A stretch of 64,000 nt of DNA, taken from contig NC_091471.1 of the NCBI RefSeq assembly GCF_036971445.1, positions 119,598,001-119,662,000 on the forward strand. The letters run 5' to 3'. The notes under the pieces are model-generated. The model did not search any database, was not told where the DNA came from, and worked only from the letters and a program-made list of their open reading frames with translations. The translations under genes and the position numbers were made by a program. The stretch comes from Narcine bancroftii (taxonomy: Eukaryota). Positions 51,391 to 64,000 of the stretch are shown here, piece by piece (within the stretch, counting starts at the first letter, position 1; every line of letters begins with the position of its first letter).

Positions 51391-52789
51391 ACCTATAAAC
51401 TGAAGATTCGGCTTGAAGATAAACAAAATTAAGGCCCCTGAGTTCTGTTGGGCAATTCCCAAAGTGTTGCAGGGTCCAAGGCAAAGAATAGCATATGGTA
51501 CTGCAGAAATGAAAAAAAAAGATGATAAATGAGCAACAGATGACAAGCAATAACCTCCCAATACGTTTCCAGATTATGATCCAAATTGGTTGGAGCAAAA
51601 GCCTTTGTTACATTGGAATTGTCCCAACTTTACGTCCATCTTAATTTTAATGAGGAAGGTCAATATTACTTGGTAATTAAGACGGGCAAGGTTGTGCTTG
51701 ATTGTACTAATCTACGAAGCAAGTGTATAGGGTAAATTTTTCAAAGAGAACAACATGAATGGGTCCAGCTTTCAGAGGTCACAGAGTTTGCATGTTTGAG
51801 GAAGTATTCAAAGACTATATTAATTTGTGCTTGGGGAAAAAAAAGAAAATACTTTTATGATTAAATAATTTTTTTAAATTCAGGTCTTTGAGTGAATAAA
51901 AATGGGCTGCAGTCAATTAAGGCGAAATATTGAGGCCATTATCAGCCTCTAGAAAAGCATTATTGAGTTCTGGTTGTTTACATGCACAATCCAATATTGC
52001 ACCACAGTTGACCTGCATTTAATTGGTTTTAAAGGCCATGTCAGTCGGATAAAAAACACAGTAAAAAAGCATCAACAGCAAATGTATCTTGATGCATTAT
52101 GACAATAACCAACTAATAAATCTTATTTGCAATGTTTCAGTTATACTATGAGCAATGATCAACTATAATAATTGATAGTGAATACAAGAAGCCTATTGCT
52201 TAAACACTATGAACATTAACCAAAACCAAAAGAAAATTAAGCTCTCATAGGGAAGTTGGATAAGATTTGGAATTATAAAGATTCAACAAATTTTACTAGA
52301 AGCTTCTGCACATTACTTATTTGCCAAAAGTAACATTTAACCATTTTGGGCTAAATGTTTGTTATTGCCATGGTGGTGGAATCAAGGATGCAAAAGCTAA
52401 CCATCCTTCTGATCTGTACGATTAAATCATGGAGTATCAGGCATAGAAACAAAATATTACAGCAGATGCTATCATGAGATGCCTCATGGTGAAACCACCA
52501 TGAATATTGGGAACAAGATATATACACTGCAAGCTGTAGATGGTAAATTTATGGTTTTGAATGTGGACATAACTGCTCAAATGCACAAAAATTCGATGGA
52601 CGGATGCAAACACAGATACACATTTTTTTCCACCTCACAGACAAAAAGTACTGTCCACCAATAAGGAATGTTTGAAGTTGGGACAAACGATAGTGATAAA
52701 GGACTTCAAAAGTATAATAATGAAAAGTTCCATGAAGAACACCCAGTTAAAGTAAATAAAATGAATTTGTGTGGATTAAAGCAAGATGT

Positions 52790-55646
52790 CACTTCTCCTT
52801 TTCATGAAGTTTTCAATGAGGAACATGACACTTAAATACAGTATTCCTGCAATTTAAAGTTCAACACAAACATAAACACATCAGCAGCACAAACGTTTTT
52901 AAGCACGCAGTTCCATTTCTTTTAGAGATTCAATCTGTTAGGTGCTTTGTTAACACGTGTGGATCTTCCTAGCACAGGTGCTTGTGTCCGCTCTGATGAT
53001 GAAGTTTCCTCTGTTGCTGTGCAGGCTGGATCTTCCTTCTGCCTTCGTCTGTTCCTGCAGAGTCTCTTGCGTTTTCAGCAGGCTCTTTTGATTCCTTCTC
53101 AGTAATTGATTATCCTCTGTTCTGTCAGTGTAGGATCTTAGATTTATTCTCTCCAGAGCAGTAGCCTTTAGGTCCCAAGTAATGGAATCTCAAAGTCTCA
53201 CTGTGTCATGTTGTGCAAGTGGCCCTATGCTTTTTTTTCTGACTTGTCATAGTTTGCTTTTTGACTCCATTGCAGTCACTTTTGTTTCCATTCAACATCT
53301 CTGTTTTTGTTTGGGTCTGCAGAGTAGGGAAGTCTGGTGTATAGTCTATGTCCCATCAGAAGCTCAGTAGACAAGTGGTGAAGCTCTGTAACTCGATGGA
53401 GCTAGATATGGATCTGAGCCACCGTTTAGTGCTTTCCTGAACATCTGCTTATCTATGTGCACTCCTTTCTCTGCTTTACCATTTGGATGCAGAGAACTTG
53501 AAGTTACATGTAGAAAATCATACTCTTCTGCAAAGGTTTGGAATTCTCTACAGTCATAGTATGGTTCATTGTCACTGTAGACAACTTGAGGAATTTCATG
53601 TCTTGCAAAGCTCAATTTCATATATTTGATCGCACAAGCTGCAAACATATTAGGACACAGTGCAATCTCTGGATAATTCGATAGAGAGGCAATAACCAGC
53701 AACTAATTATTTCCATCCATGTGGAAGAGATCAGTCCCAACTTTCTGCCATGGTTCTGTCAGTTATTATCATGGGTTCCTTTGCCTGCTTTGTGTGATGT
53801 TTCAAACAGGTCTCAAAGCTGGAAACTATCCAGTCAAGGTCAGCAATTATCCCTGGCCAATAAACAGCAGTTCTGTCCCTCCTCTTGCATTTTCCCATTC
53901 TAAGGTGTCACTTCTGCACCCTTTTCAGCATCATTTATCACAGTGATTTAGGAATAATAATCCTGCTCTGTCTGAGTAGAAGCGCACGGACAACTCTCAA
54001 CTCACCACTGATGTAGTATGGCTGACATTCCACCTCTCGGCCATCCTTCATTCAGATTCTTGATGACCTTCTGTAGAACTGTGTCCTTTTCTATTTCAGC
54101 TCTAATCTGTTTCAATTTCATGTCAGATAGGTGAAGAGATCCAGTGATCAGGTTTATGTGGAAATTCATATCTATGGCTGTTGAATTCTCATTATGGGCA
54201 TCATTCTGGATTGCTGGCCTGAATAACACATCCAGAAAAACAATAGGTTTCCCTGGTGTGTCAACCCTCTTGACTAGGCTTAAATATTCGCATGCTTTGT
54301 CACCCAGGAGTGATTCATGTCCATCTGAACCTAAGGTGGTGCCCTTATCTTTAACTTTCTCCTTGAATTTACCTGTACCTTTCATGTCAATCCTCAGCCC
54401 ATTGTAGGCTTGAAGTTGTACAGGATTTGCATCTTCATTGCCCTGATCTCATGCTCAAAAATCCCCCTGGATCCAATTTGAAAAGGAACACGTGTACCAT
54501 TTGTACGCAATGACACAGTCCACTTGTCCTACTCGACTCTGTTCAAGCTTGGCTGTTCGGTGTCTGTTGGTTTATAAACTTTCTGCACTACCATGCCCAT
54601 GATGATTGCAGTGTGCACGTTTTTACTTCTGTTTTGTTTCGCTTTAGAAAAACACTGCTTTGCATAGTGATTCTGCCCTTTGCATTTATTACAGTCTTTT
54701 CTATAAGCCATTGTTTTAGTGCATGTTGAGTGCCTCATCGTTGTACTTAAATGTGTCTTCATCTTTTTGTTCTTTCTTTTTTTTTGTTTATGTGTGTGAA
54801 CAGACACTGTGGCTATGACTATGCCTTCATTTTCACTGGCTTTTACACTCTCAACAAACCTTTTGGCATGCTCCAGAACTAATTCACGGGTATTACATAT
54901 CTTCACAGCTCCAGCTAAGGTAAGCTCTGGCTCTTGCATTAACTTCTCTCTCATTTATTATAAATAATCCCAAATGCAATTTGACAACAGATCATTGAAT
55001 CTTGCAGAGATCCAAAATTGCATGTTCTTGCTTTTAATTTCAAGTCTGCTATCAAAGCTCACTCCTTGCAGCTCCATGCACAAGCAAAACACATAGCTCT
55101 TGGACGTTTAATTTTCCTTTGGTGAACAGTGTTCATTAAACATCGCATTAACCTTGTTGAACTTACCCTGGTCTTTTGCCTCGTCAAAGACAAATGTACT
55201 GAAAACCTCTAGTGCTTGAGGCCCCACCATGTTAAGTAGCAGTACAATCCTCCATGCTTCATGTTTGCTATAGTTTCCAATGAATTTCCATGTACAGCAT
55301 TAATCATTGTTTGAACAATCTCCACTCATGGTCAACATTTCCAGTCCAATTTACAGCATCAGGAGACTTTACACTCTCTATATCTCTGCTGATAAAGACT
55401 AATACACACGCTGCACACTCCTGGTGTTTCTTCCACTCATGGTATCATGTGATGTTTCTTTTATTGTAATAAAGAAATGTGGGATATTTTAAAACAACTA
55501 TACTTTATTTGCCAAAGAACTTACTCAGGACCATGTGGAGGCATCCATCTTGAATCCAACCAGGAGCTGTCACAAATTAATCTTGATTCCCTCTAGTGGT
55601 CAGGAGGATCACTAGCACTCTATCATTAGAGAGCAGATAGATCACA
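52790..55646 (-). mobile_element. Gypsy LTR retrotransposon, RT/RNase H deleted, 3' LTR not found
   Basis: 5' LTR 55448-55646 (TGTGAT...ATCACA); gag with CNKCKGQNHYAKQC zinc knuckle; integrase FARHEIPQVVYSDN...NGKAEKGV; PPT-like AAAAGGAGAAG on minus near 52792-52802. Confidence 0.9.
55433..55447 (-). promoter_or_regulatory. Primer-binding site, tRNA-Leu(TAA)-like
   Basis: TGATACCATGAGTGG directly after the 5' LTR; 13/15 match to TGGTACCAGGAGTGG (complement of the vertebrate tRNA-Leu-TAA 3' end, recalled from memory). Confidence 0.65.
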
Positions 55647-58600
55647 CAGATAAGGAGACATTGAGAAAATAAATATGAAAGGTTTATCTGACATCATGCA
55701 ACATTGATTTGCAGATTTATATTTTTCCCAATGTCACATCTCACAACATGATTTATTTCTGCTGAAATGTTAATGAATTAAAAACTCAGATCTTGGTTGA
55801 GCCATGTCCAAAGCAATCAGAATAAAAAGCAGAGAAGAAGCAACAAAAACAGGGATGGTATCTTGATGAAGAGGCATCACGCAGATCAGAGATAAAAAGA
55901 AGAGACAATGGAGAAATAACTTATATTGATGAGTCAAGGAATTTCCTCGTGAAATTGGAGAGTCATTGTGTCAAGTCCCTTTTGACTAATGAATCCACTA
56001 AACAGTACTCAGAAAATGAAAAAAGGAGATTGTGAGATCGAAAGAATTTAATGCAAGTCTATCGTTCAACTGAAATCATCATATGGGGTTTTAGGTAAGA
56101 TTCAAAATGTGAGAATCTTGTTAAATCTAAGCATGGGGAATATGCCATCAAAACCAGGTTCATCTCAGATGTGGATACAATTAACATTGACACTGTTGAA
56201 ATGATCACAAAGAGTAGAAACTAACTTGAATTTGTAAACCTTGAAAACCAATCAATTAAATTTACTTCTGTTAAAACAGGTAAAGTGGCATGTTTATTTG
56301 TTATGAACAATCATTATTTTAAAACTACCTTTCCATTGATTAGAACTATTCTTGCTTTTAAACAAAGTCTTATACAAAGTTCTTGCATCATTGAAATGGT
56401 CTTGAGTAAGCTATCAACGTTTAGTTGAGATCCTTGATCTCAAGTCCAACATTTTCCAGTTTTCACTTCCCACATGACCATCTGAGTTTACAGAACCATT
56501 ACTCCAGGCTTCTGGGGATAGTGGCTGAAGAACAAAATTTGTGTGGACCCTCCAGCTTGTCTCAAAATACAATATGATGGAAATTATAACATTACTTATT
56601 CTACTGAACATGGTTAAATCATGGTTAGGAAATATTGAATATTTAAAGTTTATAATTAAACATCACAGATTATCGGGCTTGATTTTTTTTTTGTCTGAGG
56701 ATTCATTTTTTTTCAAGCAGATTGTGTGTCATCTCTTTGCTGGAGTTTAATTTTTAACTTCCAAAAAGGCTAATACTTTTGTGTTAGTACATACATGGAC
56801 AATTCCAAGGTGAGTTTAATATTCCTTGAACTTCTAAAGAATGCTTTCATTTTTCTTTAAAAAGGATGTAATGTGACTAGAGAGTGTTGATTATTTTTGT
56901 TACATTGGAACCTTAGTTTATTTTTGTTATTGTTTTGTTCTGCCAATAGTGATGTTCAAAATTAGTTATTTCTTCATAAAGAATGTGATAAAAGAGATAA
57001 AGATAAAGATTTATTTTTGCTTCCTCACTCGCATATCCAGGTCTTTTATTGGTTATGCTGCGTGTTCCCAACACATTGGGCCCAATTGGATCCTGATTCT
57101 CATCATCTTTGTATACTTTTCACTACTGGACTAAATTCTTAATTTGATCTGAATAGGATTTTCATCAACTACATGATGAAAAATAATGATATACAAAAAT
57201 AAATTTATCCAACCAAATTGCATTGATAATTACTGCCCTAGACTAGCAATGTGATACAAGAAGCTGAAGGTTCAGAAATGAGGGATGGGGTTGAACAAGA
57301 GAATTAAAAAAGGTGTAATGTTAAGATTATGTCAATGACACTTGTATTTGCATTTAACAAACAGGTAAGAATTAAGTAAGGAAGAATAGAATGAAATGTT
57401 TACACTAAAGACTAAGTGAAGGTTTTCCACTCATTGTTGGCATTTTTCCCTTACTGATTTTGCATTACAGCAACTTTAATTTCCAGGGTTAGAAACCCTC
57501 TAACATTTATTTTCTAAAAATTTTATAAAAATTAAAGTATGGAAATTATGTTAATGTTTTGAGGCAGTTCACTATCATTAAAATGAACCTTATCAGCTTA
57601 CATGCAAGGTAACAAATCTTGGATGTGCCTGTCACATTTGTCCTCTGTCAGAAGCATGCTCAGAAAACAGAGTGAGGATGCAGATGTGCACAGCTGCAGA
57701 TTTTTATCTCTATTCATGGGGTCACATTAGAGATGAAGAATTGTTCTGCTCCACAATGATTATTACTGACGTACAAAAGTTGCCATCCTGACTTCTGATG
57801 TGACTATTTCCACATTTCTACATCTATACTTTTAGAAAAGGATGTATCTGTCAGAACTTGTGCTTCTAAACACAAAATATCGGCATGAATAAATAATAAG
57901 GAAATACAAAATCATTTGTGGATGTGAATGGCTCTACAGTCTAGCAGCTGGTCGTTAAGGCGACATAACAAGGCTTGAACAGACCACTGAACACAAGTAG
58001 TAACAGTTTCAGATGGGCTGGGCTGTGCGCACAAAGGGATAATTTTAACTCCCTGCCAGGAAAGTGACTGAGTGAACATTCAGTTGATCCAATGGTGACA
58101 GTCGGCAGTCCAGCTGATGAAAAATGATTAGGAGCCCAGCTGCCTAATAAGTGGGCTGCTCACCAGCTTCCACACCAGTCATCATGAAGCTGCTACTGAG
58201 TTGCTAAAACTTGGTCACTCAGCTATGGTGGAATGTAAGTACAGGAATGCGTGGTGTCCATGACATGTTCCGGGCAAGTTTTCAACACAAGGGCCCAGAG
58301 TGTGGATTTGGTTTGTAGTGGCTGCTGGGGGAAGCCAGATGCATAGATCAAGCAGGAAGGGCCTGCCGTGTACTCCACCTGGCCCCCTAGATATGAAATA
58401 AATACCTGCCAATACTTTTTCTCCTTTAACAACTATCCTCTACTCAGACCAATGTTGGAGTAACATTTGGCTCCCAGTGATGTGTGTCTGAAATCTAGGA
58501 TCATTCTGGTTTTGGGCAAGTGTTCGGAATTGGTCATTATTAGAATCTGGAAGGCTTGCCTGCATTTATGATCCTGCTCCACCTTAGATGCACCTTGCAG

Positions 58601-59635
58601 AGGCAGTGACTGTTAAATGTGCAGCATAGAATTGAGTAGAGGTAAAGGGAACTCCAACCACTGAATACTCTTGCTGCTCTACTGCTTGTTATAAATGGGG
58701 TCCTGTGCTGAGAAACCTGCAAACCTTCCTTTGGTAACATGCCTCAAATATGTAGCAGCCCAAAATATTTGGTCAATGTCAAAGGAAATTTTCATTATCT
58801 AAGTTGGTGGAGTACAATCTTCCTTACATTTCTTAAAATGAAAAATTCTCTCCCTAGGCTCTATTACTGATATTCACGTCACATTACCTCAGAAACAAGA
58901 GGGATATGGCAATATTATGAATTTATGTTCTGGTTCTAAGTAAAAGAACATCAGAAATATGGCCCATTGGTGCTTCTTGTTACATGCCTCTTGGCATTGC
59001 CAATGTAAAATGCAAACATTAAAATGATGAGAATTACCACTGACTATAGTCTCTACTTTTTTGCACGAGTGCAGTTCTTATGAGGCATGGAAGGCTTAAC
59101 ACTATCCAAGACAAATCAGTCTGTTTAATTAGCACCTCATTTTTCACCCTAAGTATTGAGCCGAACTCAGTGCTAGTGTAGAATGTTCGCAACGTGTGCA
59201 ATCAAGATAGACTTAGCAATTCATGAAAGCTTCTTGGATGGCATCTTTGAAACCTGCAACAAAGGGAGCTTGAAAGTGACAGCACCCCCTGATCCATTTA
59301 TCATTTATATATCATGGAGGGAACAGAGGGAACAAGTGGAACAAGTGGAGGGAACATTCTGACAGTGAGTGAGCGTAAGAATGGGGAGGGCAGCCAGAAG
59401 GTGAGAGATGAAAGGGGACTTCAGCTATATGAGAAAAGAGGGCAGAGTGACAATGAGTGTAGAAGGCAGTCCATGACACTTTCTAACACAGCAAATCCAT
59501 CAATCCCATTCTCTCAAGCCCTCTCATTTCCCCGTTACCCTTCAACATATTTTCAAACTAGATCATCAACTCTAGTTTGATTCTTTTCCTACTTGCCAAA
59601 ACTGGGGGCTGATATACAATTACCAGTTAACATAA

Positions 59636-59965
59636 AATTTCAGATGCTGTCAGAGTACACACAGTACATTATATCACATAAAACCCAGAGATTCTCCTAC
59701 GGGCGAGGCAGAATTACTACCCATTGAAAATGCAAAAAAAAAACTGTACTCAATGTAAGCAAATAAAGAAATGTAAATAAACTGACTGTGCAATACAGAG
59801 AGAGAGAAAAAAAAATCAATAGTACAAAAGTCCTGAAATCAGTCCCTGTCTGAATTTGTTGTTGAAAGGTAACAGCTGTTCCGGAACCTGATGGAGCATG
59901 TCTTCTGGCACCTAAACCTCTTTCCTGATGGCAGCAGCAAGCATACCTGGAATGTGGGTTGAAGC
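59636..59965 (-). mobile_element. Rex1 3' end
   Basis: Matches 8372-8700 and 51070-51390. Confidence 0.85.
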
Positions 59966-61439
59966 AGTTCACATGGAGAATTTGCAAACATCAAGATCAA
60001 ATCAATGTTCTGGGGCTGTGATGAAGCAGTGCTAACTGCTATGTCACTGTGTCATACTTTGAAGGTATCTTTTCAAGTCACAATCCATCCTGACATAAAT
60101 ACATGTCATTACTTTGTCCTTGTCAATGATGTAACTGTCATACAGCAATGCAAGAGTAGCATCATCTGAGAAACTATTATTCACCTGCCTTTGGCCACAG
60201 AGTTGATGGAAAATACCTAAAATTAGGTTGGGCATTGTCATTGCACCATTGCCTCATTTCCTGATGTCAGAATTGTATTTTAGAATTAGGAGTTCAATTG
60301 AAAACTGCATGGAGGCACAGTCCAAGTCAGCATCCTTAATGTTCACAAGTTAAATTTCAGTTGAAAAATTATTCAACTTCACGATGCTTTAGAAGTTACA
60401 AAACAATAATCAGTAATCAATAAAACCAGGGAGTAAGAAATAAAATATTACCAGTGATATTTCACTCGTGTTATTCGTTTAAAGCAATATCTCTCTCAAA
60501 GACATGCAAAGGATTTTATACTGTCCATTGTTTCACCAAGCCTTATTAATGTTGCCTGTCCCAGAGGTGTATAAGCTTTCACATTTATTGTTGCTTTACT
60601 TACTTATATACTGAACAAGGATTTATCCCATGGTAATCTGATATTCACAAGATAGTAAATCCCTTGGAAACATGGGACAAAATATATCCTTCTTGTATTC
60701 TTTTACTTCTGTCACTTGATCCTGTGTCAATGTCAGTGTTTTCAACACTGTTAATTCAAGCCTATTTTAAATTAAAACATTCCAAGGGATGGAACTACAA
60801 CTCTAATTTAAGTTACTTTAAAGCACTAGAAAGGCAGATTCAATCCTGACCTTGAGTGCTGCCAAAGTGGAGTTTTCTGCTTCTCCCTGTGGCCTCATGG
60901 GTTTCCTCCAGTACTTTGGGTTCCTTCCATCCCAGGCATGTTTTTAAATGGAAAATTTTATTTTGATTAGAAAAATAAAACAATATAATCAATATGAATT
61001 GAAATTATTTTAAAATAAAAAAACCTCACATATGTGAACAAATTCAGCAATTTATCGATACTGCAGTTGAAGCATTTTCTTTCTAAACAAAAATGTTTCC
61101 ACATTAATCCATTACCAGATTAACGATCTGTCTTTAATAATTAAAGAAACTGATTACATTCGATTTCAGCTCTGTTATTAAAGTTTGTGCATCAGTATTA
61201 AGAATGCATTTGCACAAATTACATCCTTCCACTGGCAATGTTTTCGGATCTCATCAGTGAGTGTCATACAACATGATTTAAAAAAAGTTAACCCTGGAAA
61301 TATTTTAACTGTAGTAAAGTTACATAAACAAAAAATCCTCATGCACCTCGATGGTGGAATCTGACATTTCTCTTGTTGTTTTAGCTGTGAGTTAGAGGTT
61401 CTTTTCCTTGGGAAGGTGGACACTTTGTTTATCTGGAGT

Positions 61440-61706
61440 AAAACATGAAAATCTGTAGACACTGTAGTTGAAGTAAAAACGCAATGCTGGAAAAACTCAG
61501 CAGGTGAAACCCTAATCCCAAAGACATTTGTGCTGGTCGATAAATTTGCCATTGTAAATTGCACCAAGTATGTTGGTGAGCAGTAGAATTGAGAGGAGTT
61601 GATGAGAATAAGGGAGAAAAAAAAAATGAGTTAACGAAGAATTAGTGTAAAATGGGTGATTGATAGTCTGTGCAGGTTTGGTTGGCCAAAGGGTCTGTTT
61701 CTATGC
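61440..61706 (+). mobile_element. Penelope terminal motif abutting a SINE 3' half
   Basis: GTAAAAACGCAATGCTGGAAAAACTCAGCAGG, then CCCAAAGAC...GGCCAAAGGGTCTGTTTCTATGCT. Confidence 0.6.
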
Positions 61707-62286
61707 TTATCACCCAACTCCAAAGCTACAGAGTGCTGAACCATTGCCCAGTACAGGATGGACAGCTTACGAGAGTGCAAAAGTCAAGCCATTCTTGACT
61801 TCTTCCTCAATTATGCATTGCAAATGGGAAGTCAGGAATGTACTGGAGAGCTAATGCCAGTGCATCTGAGCTCATGCTCCACAGCTGCAACATGTAATGT
61901 GTACAGCTTGGATTTCATTTGGTCCATCAGCATTAGTGATTCACTTAGATGTGGTAGTTCACACCTTGATTGTAACATGTAGGCAAAGTTTTCATTTTAT
62001 ATTTTATTGAAGTTCAAAGTTTTAGATATATTGCTATATTCAATGTGTTTTAAATCAATATATTGCATTTTTTTTCTTAATCTATTAAGAATCATTTTCA
62101 AATGTCTCTGATTATACAGCAACATTTAGAAATCTTAAGAATATTTTGAGAGCAGCAAGTTGTCAGACATCCATCAGCGTGCCCAGGAGGAACCATGCCT
62201 GAGGTCAGATCACCATCCATGAATTGTTCTGCTTTACAGTGTCCATTTTAATTGCTGCAGTTCTTCTTGTGAAGGCTGTCCCAAAC

Positions 62287-63325
62287 TGCCCCTTTTACAA
62301 TGCCAACCATCTAAATAGGTGTGTAAACGATCCGTGTTGAAATACAAAGTGGGCCGCTCACACTGAACTATGAAATCCCACGTCCGTGTGCACTTTAACA
62401 TTAAATACCCGGTATTGCTGAGCTAAGGTTGGGGGGGGGTGGTGCGGGTCAACCTCCAGTGATGACATCCTGAGACACATATTACATATGAGCAGGGGAG
62501 TTAAATCATATTAGAAATAAAGCTCATACATGCACAATTTATAAAAGAGCGTGGGGAAAAACATATACAATTTAAGAAAACATATCTGCACAATTAATAA
62601 AAGAGTGTGGAAAATCTACAGCAGTGGGCTTCAGACTGTTCAAACTGAGAACAAACCTACAGACCAGCTCCTTCATAATCAGGCAGACCTACTGTCAAAT
62701 CTAGGTCTCTGAGCCTACAGGCGACCCTCTCATATAACGGGCCATCCTTCACAGTGCCTGTTACATGTTTGGAGATTTCCTCTTCACCCCTTATCAAGAG
62801 GAGCTTGCACACCTCCCAATCCCCCCAGTTGGCCACTATTATCACAACACTAATGCTAAACTACACTAACAATAATATTACACACTAATACCTACCCTAA
62901 AAACCTTTGGAATATAACTACATTAATGCTAAAAGTATACTAGCCACTACATGTATCTTATCATGACTACATAAACACCTACAGAAAAAAACCTTTGAAA
63001 ACTGAACACTAAACTTAACTACACTGAAACACTGACCTTCCCTCCAAACAACCTGGCCAGACTGACACACACGCGTAGGCAATGATGTCACAAATGCTAT
63101 CTGGCATTGCAGGTGGCCCGTACACATTGGAGCTGAGTCAACTCAGCTCAGATCTGATGCAACATCCTGAGTTGTATCCATCCAGGGTTGATTTGTACCA
63201 CCCCTCCACACCCCCACCCCACCACCCCACTTGATTCGGAGTGTTCACACTGGGCAGATGAACCACTAAATTCCAGGTAAATTGCCAGGTTCAACCCGCT
63301 TTCAACTGGCAGTGTGAAATGGGCT
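62287..63325 (-). mobile_element. PIF/Harbinger-type non-autonomous element retaining a Myb/SANT-like ORF fragment
   Basis: Imperfect TIRs TGCCCCTTTTACAATGCCA and TGGCAGTGTGAAATGGGCT; subterminal TCACACTG repeats; ORF 62657-62845 NWGDWEVCKLLLIRGEEEI...LYERVACRL resembles the trihelix Myb/SANT domain. No clean TSD seen. Confidence 0.75.
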
Positions 63326-63497
63326 GTTAGTGGGGTTCTAGACACAGCAACAATGAACAAATTGCAAGCTATTTCTAAGTCAAAGGTACTTGTAAGTAGT
63401 GTTCCCAAAATCCATCATGGTAGTCAAGGTTATCCTGGGTGTAGTTGCAGGGTATTTTGCAGGTGATCCATACTATAGTTACTAGTACATCTTTGGA

Positions 63498-64000
63498 AAC
63501 CTCACAAAGATTAGCGTCTACAGAGCCATTGTCATACCCACACTCCTGTTCGGCTCCGAATCATGGGACCTCTACCGGCATTGCCTACGGCTCCTAGAAC
63601 GCTTCCACCAGCGTTGTCTCCGCTCCATCCTCAACATTCATTGGAGCGACTTCATCACCGACATCGAAGTACTCGAGATGGCAGAGGCCGATAGCATAGA
63701 ATCCACGCTGTTGAAGATCAAACTGCGCTGGGTAGGTCACGTCTCCAGAATGGAGGACCATCGCCTTCCCAAGATCGTGTTATATGGCGAGCTCTCCACT
63801 GGCCACCAAGACAGAGGTGCACCAAAGAAGAGGTACAAGGACTGCCTAAAGAAATCTCTTGGTGCCTGCCACATTGACCACCGCCAGTGGGCTGATATCG
63901 CCTCAAACCGTACATCTTGGCGCCTCACAGTTCGGCGGGCAACAACCTCCTTTGAAGAAGATCATAGAGCCCACCTCAATGACAAAAGACAAAGGAGGAA
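63498..64000 (+). mobile_element. Young RTE-clade LINE, 5'-truncated, runs off the window
   Basis: Open frame TKISVYRAIVIPTLLFGSESW...LERFHQRCLRSILNIHW...LRWVGHVSRMEDHRLPKIVLYGEL...RYKDCLK with no stops; CpGs retained. Confidence 0.95.

Overview
AT-rich, CpG-depleted vertebrate genomic DNA. The repeat complement (CR1 LINEs with SGNH-esterase ORF1, Rex1/Babar, tRNA-derived V-SINEs, Penelope remnants, Gypsy, RTE, L1, L2, hAT-Charlie, Harbinger) points to a cartilaginous fish, plausibly a ray or skate (inference only). I could not support any intact host protein-coding gene, tRNA or rRNA; essentially all recognisable ORFs are decayed transposon fragments, so this looks like intergenic or large-intron DNA. 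The standout is a 1.8-kb non-autonomous hAT/Charlie-type element (24076-25882, perfect 8-bp TSD) whose CpG-rich interior looks like a captured piece of another gene: three minus-strand exon-like blocks with canonical splice sites, with retroelement debris confined to a predicted intron (a Pack-TYPE-like element). Two more DNA-transposon structures also appear to carry extra DNA: a composite twin-MITE present twice, and a Tc1/pogo-like MITE with an internal end. All coordinates were read by eye; TSD/TIR boundaries are near-exact, while ends of decayed LINEs are approximate. No database searches were run.
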